Notes under the pieces: model-generated | Database searches by the model: none | Told to the model about the DNA's origin: nothing | Seen by the model: only the letters and a program-made list of their open reading frames with translations | In this document: piece after piece, positions 57,648 to 64,000 of the stretch | Position numbering within the stretch: the first letter of the stretch is position 1 | Layout: every line of letters starts with the position of its first letter | Position numbers and translations under genes: made by a program | IMG/VR virus record: IMGVR_UViG_2595698902_000001 | Location: 192,001-256,000 of that record | Strand: one strand, 5' to 3' | Origin: a virus | Taxonomy: Duplodnaviria > Caudoviricetes | Length of the DNA stretch: 64,000 nt

Positions 57648-58143
57648 GCGCGTTTTTCTGTACCGTCATTGGTACGCCTTTGGTCTTCATACTCGGGCCT
57701 TTCTTGGCTTTCGGTTTCGGACCTTTTTTCGCTTCGGCATTCGCTTTTGCTGGCGCTTTGAGAACCTTTTTCTTCGGTGGCGACAACTCGGTTTCGCGCA
57801 GAATCAATTCGATCAGTGCCAGTGGGCGCGGGTGAATCACTACGGCTTCCATAACAACGGCGGTTTCTACATAAACTTTCTGCTCGCCGTTTTGATCGGG
57901 CAGCGCTTCGGAATCGTAGACCGGAGTACGCGTGCAATTTTGCAGCATTCCCCAAGCGGCGCGACGCACAGCTTTGTCGGTGCCGTGAATACGCGCAGCC
58001 ATCATGCAAACAACCAGCGCATGGAAGTAATCACGCGGCTGTTTTTTCTCGGTCTTCGGGAACAGAATAAAGTGAACCCAAATGCGCAACGGGGAGCGGG
58101 GAAACGGCGCGTTCGGCACCATAGAATTACCCATGTACTTCAT
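57616..58143 (-). CDS. Hypothetical protein with Lys-rich tail
   Basis: 175-aa ORF with AAGGA RBS. Confidence 0.6.
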   Translation of the reverse strand: MKYMGNSMVPNAPFPRSPLRIWVHFILFPKTEKKQPRDYFHALVVCMMAARIHGTDKAVRRAAWGMLQNCTRTPVYDSEALPDQNGEQKVYVETAVVMEAVVIHPRPLALIELILRETELSPPKKKVLKAPAKANAEAKKGPKPKAKKGPSMKTKGVPMTVQKNAHVPVESRKRA

Positions 58144-58156
58144 TACTACTCTTCCT

Positions 58157-58555
58157 TCAATTTACCGGCATTTTGTGGGACCAGAGCGGCCCGGTGTACT
58201 GCGGCAGGTACGGGATCAGGCGCCACAGACGTTGTTCAACATCGAACCCGGCATTTTTGACTTCTTCCAGACGATCTACGTGCTCCACGAAAATGCAGCG
58301 CGCCCACGCTTTCATGTCGGTGGGGATACGGAAATACGGGCTTTCGCCTTCGCGCACTTTTACTTGAGCACGCAGAATCTGATACGGCACAGGGTTTACT
58401 GCGATTTCTTCCAGATAAAACGTGGACACGAAACGAGGCAGGAACTGGCGGTCTTCGTCGTAAACCAAACCACACGAACGTGCGAGCTTTTCCATGCAAA
58501 CTTGTTGGCTGAAAACGAAAACAAGATTTACGCTTTTGAGGTCTGCCGGACTCAT
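58157..58555 (-). CDS. Hypothetical protein
   Basis: 132-aa ORF. Confidence 0.6.
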   Translation of the reverse strand: MSPADLKSVNLVFVFSQQVCMEKLARSCGLVYDEDRQFLPRFVSTFYLEEIAVNPVPYQILRAQVKVREGESPYFRIPTDMKAWARCIFVEHVDRLEEVKNAGFDVEQRLWRLIPYLPQYTGPLWSHKMPVN

Positions 58556-59127
58556 GCTTGTTGCTCCGTCAAAGTGTGCAGCAAACCAGCAGCTTTCAGC
58601 TTGCGGATTTCGCCAAGGGATTTTCCGTATTTCGCTGCCAGTTCTTTTACCGTGCCTTCCGGCGCTGGCGCGTGCTGGCTGTTGAATTGCTCGCGCTGTT
58701 GCTGGGCCGCACGTTCTTTGCGTTGCACGTCAGCCCGCACGGTATCGCGCCAATCCTGCATTTTCATGATGGTAGGCTTTTCCGGCTGGCGCATCAGCGC
58801 AGTCACCATCTGTATCATTTCTTCATTGATAAAAGGCATGAGCGCTTTTGCCTGTTTGATACGATGTTCCTGCGCCCAGTCTTTCGCTTCCTGAATCAGG
58901 CTGTTGTAAATGTCGCTGAAAATTTCGCCAGCGTCTTCCATCGAATTCAGATCGACCAAACGACCATTCAGCGACCAGAAAATCGCCATGCGAATTTCCA
59001 TGTCGAATTGGCCGCTCAGCAGCTCGCGGGTGAACTGGAATTGCTTTTCGTAGCTGTCCAGATAAAGCTTGTAGCCAATGCGGGTACGTTGTTCTACGGT
59101 GAATTCTTCTGCCAGTGGAGATTTCAT
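58552..59127 (-). CDS. Protein with C-terminal HTH
   Basis: TVKELAAKYGKSLGEIRKLKAAGLL; start reassigned to MKSPLA. Confidence 0.6.
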   Translation of the reverse strand: MKSPLAEEFTVEQRTRIGYKLYLDSYEKQFQFTRELLSGQFDMEIRMAIFWSLNGRLVDLNSMEDAGEIFSDIYNSLIQEAKDWAQEHRIKQAKALMPFINEEMIQMVTALMRQPEKPTIMKMQDWRDTVRADVQRKERAAQQQREQFNSQHAPAPEGTVKELAAKYGKSLGEIRKLKAAGLLHTLTEQQA

Positions 59128-59462
59128 TTGATTTCCTGAATGTTGTGCAGCGAGCCTTGCGCCGAACCGTTGAACATGTCTTTCACTTCGACAAACAGCA
59201 GGGTGTAGGCGCGGTCGCCACACAGCACAGGCGGCGCATAGATAACGTGCGAAACTTTGTCGCCGTTTTCGTTGTTCAAAGTGACAACGTGTGTGGCTTC
59301 ATCGAACATGTGGTGCTTGGCGATTTCGCGTTGCTCTTCGATCCACTTGCTTTTGCTGCGATGTTCGTCCGCGTTGCTATGGCGAACACTCAGGATTTTC
59401 TTACGCAGGTTTTCGTGGCGCTCCCACGCGGCAGTAGGGATCACAGAAATACGTTTAATCAC
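59124..59462 (-). CDS. Hypothetical protein
   Basis: 112-aa ORF coupled to neighbours. Confidence 0.55.
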   Translation of the reverse strand: MIKRISVIPTAAWERHENLRKKILSVRHSNADEHRSKSKWIEEQREIAKHHMFDEATHVVTLNNENGDKVSHVIYAPPVLCGDRAYTLLFVEVKDMFNGSAQGSLHNIQEIK

Positions 59463-59875
59463 TTTGACAGCTCTCCGATGCTTTTAATGTCATAGATGAA
59501 ATAGTCCGGTTCGTGCTGCAACCGGGGGTCACACATTTTGTAGATATGCGGCAGCATTTCAGGGCGACGCAGAATAGGCGGCACCTGAATAGCCATTGCG
59601 TACAGGAATTGCTGTTCGCGCACGTTGTCATCGTCGTCCAAAAGATTCCGATAAATTTCGACAACGTGTGTCGCGTTAGCGAAGGCGGCGAACTTGTTTT
59701 TCAGCACGGCGCTAGCTTCGTCCACCTTGCTTTGCAAATCCTTTTTATTTCCGCCAGTCAGCCGCACATGAACCAGCGCACCGCTGTAAGAGGAAAACGC
59801 AAAGAGCGTGGCTTTGTAGTCGTCATAAAACTTAGGCGTCAGGTCGCCCAAGAAAATAATACCAGCGAATGCCAT
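59459..59875 (-). CDS. Hypothetical protein
   Basis: 138-aa ORF. Confidence 0.6.
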   Translation of the reverse strand: MAFAGIIFLGDLTPKFYDDYKATLFAFSSYSGALVHVRLTGGNKKDLQSKVDEASAVLKNKFAAFANATHVVEIYRNLLDDDDNVREQQFLYAMAIQVPPILRRPEMLPHIYKMCDPRLQHEPDYFIYDIKSIGELSK

Positions 59876-59879
59876 AGCG

Positions 59880-60104
59880 TCACCTGTAGTTGTAAATCAG
59901 CAGGCCGGTCATGCAGATCGAGATAAGAACAATCACGACGTTAAGCGCAACGCGCAGCACACGATTGTCGCTCTTTTCCACGTAACCGAGGATGGTCGAA
60001 GCCACTAGGAAGATCAGCAGCATTCCCAATACAAGCGAAGAGGTAGAGAGGGCAGTTACGCCCTCCCTTGCAGCTTCGCCGTTTTTCAAAATGATAACGG
60101 ACAT
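59880..60104 (-). CDS. Small two-TM membrane protein
   Basis: Two hydrophobic segments. Confidence 0.6.
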   Translation of the reverse strand: MSVIILKNGEAAREGVTALSTSSLVLGMLLIFLVASTILGYVEKSDNRVLRVALNVVIVLISICMTGLLIYNYR

Positions 60105-60105
60105 T

Positions 60106-60282
60106 TTATTTAACGTTTACCCATTCTTTCAAATCAGCAATCCACATTTTCGTATTCTTTGGCGTCATGCGGATTGCTACACCTTGTTTGTAGACACACC
60201 AACCGCCCTTGGAGAAATTCACCAGCCAAGGGGAAGTGCTGGACGCCCGCACATACAGCAAACGAGTTTTATCACGCGCCAT
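60106..60282 (-). CDS. Small hypothetical protein (58 aa, not in ORF track)
   Basis: MARDKTRLLYVRASS...; GGAGG RBS. Confidence 0.55.
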   Translation of the reverse strand: MARDKTRLLYVRASSTSPWLVNFSKGGWCVYKQGVAIRMTPKNTKMWIADLKEWVNVK

Positions 60283-60302
60283 TGTGTGAGCCTCCGTCGT
60301 TT

Positions 60303-60821
60303 TTACGTTCCTGTTTGTTCATGTTGTCTCCGAGTTTTCAGCACCGGGCCAACACGATGGGTATGCCCTTGCCACGCGAAGCGGTTGCCAATGTACAGGC
60401 GTTTACGCATACGCGGCGACGTGGGGATTTCGTGCTGGCCGTTGTTTACCAGTGTGCAATTGATGAAGTCTACGGCCTTCTGCATGTCAGAGAAAAACTT
60501 GCGCGTAGACACGACTTGATATTGTGTAATCTCGACACAAAAATCACGGTGTTCGTATTTGCCGATCCGTTCCGTTACGCTGATTTCTTTGTCGAAGTCG
60601 GAACAGTCGATTTTGATTCGGTGACTGATGTGCGGGACACGCCCGCGCTCTTTGAACGTCGTGACTGCTACCGGACGGGGCGTGGTGCCAGCGTCCATTT
60701 TCATACAGAGCAACTGCGCTGTTTTAACGAATTCCGATTTGTAACGTGAGTCGAACACGGCACGCAACCATGCGAAGCGTACAGGTTCCTTTTTCATTTC
60801 CGTAGCCAGAACAATCGCCAT
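60303..60821 (-). CDS. Hypothetical basic protein
   Basis: 172-aa ORF. Confidence 0.6.
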   Translation of the reverse strand: MAIVLATEMKKEPVRFAWLRAVFDSRYKSEFVKTAQLLCMKMDAGTTPRPVAVTTFKERGRVPHISHRIKIDCSDFDKEISVTERIGKYEHRDFCVEITQYQVVSTRKFFSDMQKAVDFINCTLVNNGQHEIPTSPRMRKRLYIGNRFAWQGHTHRVGPVLKTRRQHEQTGT

Positions 60822-60827
60822 GTCTTA

Positions 60828-61412
60828 TTACTCATTTACAGATTTGAGATTTTTCGTGTAGTGGTATTCAACCAGACTCATATCGTCATCCGGCTTCATA
60901 CCCTTCAAATTACGCGCATAGCCGTAACGCTCCAACGCTGCGCGCAATACTTCATTGCCGACCAGCTCAACGTGCAACCCAACAAAACCCATTTCTTTTG
61001 CTACCGTTTCGAGGTGGCGCAGGAAGGCGCGGAAATGGCCTTTGCCTCGTTGCTTGTAAGCGGTGGAAACGTTGGCGATGGTTACGCCCGGTTCCCATTC
61101 GTGCAGCGCATGGTTGAACGTGGGACCGGCGCGCAGGTAAACGCGCAATTCGCCACAGAGGAATTCAACCGAACGCGGGAATTTGGAATCAACTTGACGC
61201 ACCAGAAATGCGGCAATGTTTGAAAAATCGGTGAGAAAATCCTGCTTTCGTTTCAGGTCCATGTTTTTGTAGTCTGTCGAGAAGCCGTGCTCATGTTCGC
61301 GGGTGTCCATCCTCTGCCTCAACTTCTTGTTTTTACTTGTACCTTGTGGAGAGGCGGGAGGTTTTAATTCCCGCCTCGGTTTTATTACTTGGCGAACAGT
61401 TGCACGCCGCAA
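60828..61412 (-). CDS. GNAT-family acetyltransferase
   Basis: IANV...QRGKGHF motif A; VxNxxLxxxLERYGY motif B. Confidence 0.75.
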   Translation of the reverse strand: MRRATVRQVIKPRRELKPPASPQGTSKNKKLRQRMDTREHEHGFSTDYKNMDLKRKQDFLTDFSNIAAFLVRQVDSKFPRSVEFLCGELRVYLRAGPTFNHALHEWEPGVTIANVSTAYKQRGKGHFRAFLRHLETVAKEMGFVGLHVELVGNEVLRAALERYGYARNLKGMKPDDDMSLVEYHYTKNLKSVNE

Positions 61413-62215
61413 TCAACCATGCGACGGAGAACGTATTCAGCGTTGCGCTGGGTCAGTGGCATTTCACGCATACGGCCAATCACGATTTGGAAAATTGGCA
61501 GCGGCAGCGCGGTGGTTTCGGTTGCCGGTTCTTTCTTGCGCACGCTGGTATGGTGGAAGAAATTCACCGACACGTTCAAACGCGTTTCGATCAGCTCGCG
61601 CAGTTGGTTAAGATCGGTATCAACGTGCGGAATGTTCGCCTCGTCTTGCGTGATGTAATCGGTAGTGCAGAAGCCGCCTTTGTATGCAGGACCGACGATG
61701 ATTTGCGGTGGCGCCGGTTTGCAGGCAAACGTGTTTTCTTCTTCACGTTCTACCGGGATTTCTTCATCGGTTTCTTCGTCGTCTTCTTCGTCGTCGATGC
61801 CGCAAATGTCTTCGGCCAGTTCAGGGAATTGCCCACGAATGGATTCAGCGAACTGTTGGGCAAACCAATCAGGCGATTTCTCGACCACTTTCAGGACGGT
61901 GCCACCTTTGGACATTTTCGAGTCTTTGGTATCGAAAACCCAATCGGCCAGCGTCTGCACTTGACCGAGCAACTCTTCAATTTTTTCTTCGGTGAAATCG
62001 CGCAGTGCGTATGCCGCTTCACGTTGGGATTTGTCGTCGCAATTTGCGTCGTTGTCGAGGAACTGTTCGCAAAGGTGTTCGTATAACGTGCTATCAACGA
62101 AACGTTCGCAAAGGATTTTACGCAGCGCTTTAATACCTTCCGCTGCGCGACCGTCGCATTCACCGCCCAGCAAAACGTTGGCGATATCCCGAGTGATTGC
62201 TTTATGCTTTTTCAT
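61385..62215 (-). CDS. Acidic hypothetical protein
   Basis: DDEEDDEETDEE tract; first gene after promoter P2. Confidence 0.65.
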   Translation of the reverse strand: MKKHKAITRDIANVLLGGECDGRAAEGIKALRKILCERFVDSTLYEHLCEQFLDNDANCDDKSQREAAYALRDFTEEKIEELLGQVQTLADWVFDTKDSKMSKGGTVLKVVEKSPDWFAQQFAESIRGQFPELAEDICGIDDEEDDEETDEEIPVEREEENTFACKPAPPQIIVGPAYKGGFCTTDYITQDEANIPHVDTDLNQLRELIETRLNVSVNFFHHTSVRKKEPATETTALPLPIFQIVIGRMREMPLTQRNAEYVLRRMVDCGVQLFAK

Positions 62216-62303
62216 GTCTCTAAACCCTTTCGTAAACTTACGCTAATTCGTGAGTGTTGTTCGCTGGGCGAAGGCTAGCCGTGCCAAGTGCAGGCCAGCC
62301 GCC

Positions 62304-62333
62304 ATTATACCCGTGCTAGGGCCTCCCGGTCAA
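62304..62333 (-). promoter_or_regulatory. Sigma70-like promoter P2
   Basis: TTGACC-N18-TATAAT-GGCGGC followed by a hairpin. Confidence 0.7.
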
Positions 62334-63223
62334 GCTTGGGGTGCCTGCTCGCGGTGGTCTACTGCGCCCGGTCCGCGCCCCTCAATGGGCCACGTCTCTA
62401 ACGGGGTGCCATCGCCGTATACCGCATGACGCAAGCGCTCATACAAACCCAAATGAACGGCGTGTACCCGTTCCATTAGGTAGCGTTTGTTTTTGAACGT
62501 TGGTTGCACACGCGAACCCAAGAACGTGTTAAGCGTGTAATTGGTTGGCGCTTTATCACCAAAGAACGCCCAGCGGTAAGTTTCGTGAATATGCCGAACG
62601 TGTTCATCTTCAATCTGGCCGTGTTGCTCAACCGCGTTGAAGAAATCCATAACGTTCATGAACGGGAAATACTTGGCGTTCCGGCACGGATAGAATTCCG
62701 CACCTTCGGCAATGTGCAGCAGCTGGCGACCGATGAAAACGTAGCGGAACATCTGCTTGCGGTATTTCGCCAGCAATTCGGGATCGTCTTTCGCGTGCTC
62801 CATTTTCTGCAAACGCTGTATCGTGTTGCCGATACACGACCGCAGGATTTCCCGCGAATCGTAGCAGGTATCGAACAGCTCGACCAGATCGTTACGGATT
62901 TCTTCGGAACCCCACGCCAGCGGCGAATGCAGGTTTTCGTAAGCTGCAAAAGACGACTTGGAAATCAGCTGCAAGAACCGCTCAATCGTGCAGAACTGGA
63001 ATTCAAAATCTTGCCCAGTGACCAAACATTTGATCTTGCGGCGTTTCGAGCCACGCGGGAAGTGCATGAAACTCAGCTCGCGATCAAAGCCGACCATTGC
63101 GATATCGAAGTCGGAATCAGGGCGGTTAGTGCCCCATGCGCGGCTACCAACGTTCGACACAAGAATCGGTTTTACTTTCAGGGCGTGCTCTGCCCAAGAA
63201 TACGGCAAATCAGGCAGGATCAT
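62330..63223 (-). CDS. Pol-beta-superfamily nucleotidyltransferase (RlaP/YcgL-like)
   Basis: GSRAWGTNRPDSDFDI; later ExLxSP motif. Confidence 0.8.
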   Translation of the reverse strand: MILPDLPYSWAEHALKVKPILVSNVGSRAWGTNRPDSDFDIAMVGFDRELSFMHFPRGSKRRKIKCLVTGQDFEFQFCTIERFLQLISKSSFAAYENLHSPLAWGSEEIRNDLVELFDTCYDSREILRSCIGNTIQRLQKMEHAKDDPELLAKYRKQMFRYVFIGRQLLHIAEGAEFYPCRNAKYFPFMNVMDFFNAVEQHGQIEDEHVRHIHETYRWAFFGDKAPTNYTLNTFLGSRVQPTFKNKRYLMERVHAVHLGLYERLRHAVYGDGTPLETWPIEGRGPGAVDHREQAPQA

Positions 63224-63578
63224 TTTCGTTCTCAGGCTTTGCCATAGTCAGCGTGATTGTTGGTGGGTTATTTTTGATTGCTTCGTAAACCGCGCCTTGC
63301 TCCAGAATGCTAACGCGTTTGCCTTTGTAGGATTTCGCGTTGCCCTTGTCGTCAACCACGAACACAGCCGACGCCACATGCGTGTAGGAATTCGGCGGCA
63401 CTTCGCATTCGATTTGCAGACCGATGAAACCACGCACACGAAACGCATTACCGATCAGATGGTCAATGTATTTGTGAATTTGCGCAGGCTGGATTACCTT
63501 GCGCGATTCTTCCGCCGCCTTTTCGGCAACGATGCGCAATGCGGCTGGCGCCGGGTAAAGCAGGATGAACTTTTGCAT
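63210..63578 (-). CDS. Hypothetical protein
   Basis: 122-aa ORF. Confidence 0.55.
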   Translation of the reverse strand: MQKFILLYPAPAALRIVAEKAAEESRKVIQPAQIHKYIDHLIGNAFRVRGFIGLQIECEVPPNSYTHVASAVFVVDDKGNAKSYKGKRVSILEQGAVYEAIKNNPPTITLTMAKPENENDPA

Positions 63579-63580
63579 TT

Positions 63581-64000
63581 TTAATCGTCCCCTTCGTCGC
63601 TGTCGTCGTCTACGTCAAACTCGAAACGTTTAGCCAGATCGGCAACCGAACCCTTCATTACCTGCACCACGGAATCGGATGCAGAGCCACGGAAAGAAAG
63701 TTGCATTTCTTCGTGGTCATCAGTGAGCGGCCACGGGTCATCTAGGCGCACAATGCGTCCGCGTTGGTCATTGTCCAGAAACACGGTTTCATTTTTGGCA
63801 ATTGCTTCGGCGAAACGATCAATGCGGGTCGAACGCTCAAACACGACTTTCATTGCGCTAGGCAGGAACTGATAAACCTCGTCGTAGTCGCCAGCCTCGT
63901 AGTCGGTGTGCGCCGGTTGGTTTTCACTCAAATGGAACAGATGCACAGCACGCGCCGCGTAACCAAACGACGGGCCGCGATAGACCAGCCGCGTACCGGC
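63581..64000 (-). CDS. Hypothetical protein (5'-truncated by window edge)
   Basis: Frame is open to 64000; acidic C-terminus. Confidence 0.55.
   Translation of the reverse strand, partial: AGTRLVYRGPSFGYAARAVHLFHLSENQPAHTDYEAGDYDEVYQFLPSAMKVVFERSTRIDRFAEAIAKNETVFLDNDQRGRIVRLDDPWPLTDDHEEMQLSFRGSASDSVVQVMKGSVADLAKRFEFDVDDDSDEGDD

Noticed and set aside
1-64000. Stop-codon reassignment
   Set aside because: Genes tile tightly under the standard code, and TAA, TGA and TAG all appear as real gene ends.

Overview
The window is a 64-kb segment of a large lytic phage genome, most likely a jumbo myovirus of a Gram-negative (gammaproteobacterial-type) host. A relationship to 'hairy' jumbo myoviruses such as Lu11, PaBG or Y3 is an unverified inference. 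There are two convergent blocks. The + strand block (1-21849) is a late/structural operon with fibre and adhesin proteins (PA14-like jelly-roll repeats, collagen, Calx-beta, TSP-C-like lectin, discoidin, LamG), tandem paralogs, a four-gene membrane/secreted cassette and a lysis module (holin-like, spanin-like, and an M15 peptidase homolog that has lost two zinc ligands). The - strand block (21893-64000) holds about 80 tightly packed accessory genes. These include a YgiB/YgiC-like lipoprotein plus Gsp-type ATP-grasp ligase among envelope genes, three Nudix hydrolases, NADAR, a PDE-like HD protein, DUF4326, GNAT, an RlaP-like nucleotidyltransferase, several HTH/RHH proteins, degenerate RecA-fold proteins and a five-member paralog family. 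An exact 11-mer (AACTGTAAATA, - strand) recurs six times, mostly at gene junctions, and two related sigma70-like promoters are present. No tRNA, rRNA, CRISPR array, integrase or transposase was seen. All family calls are by-eye motif recognition, not database results.
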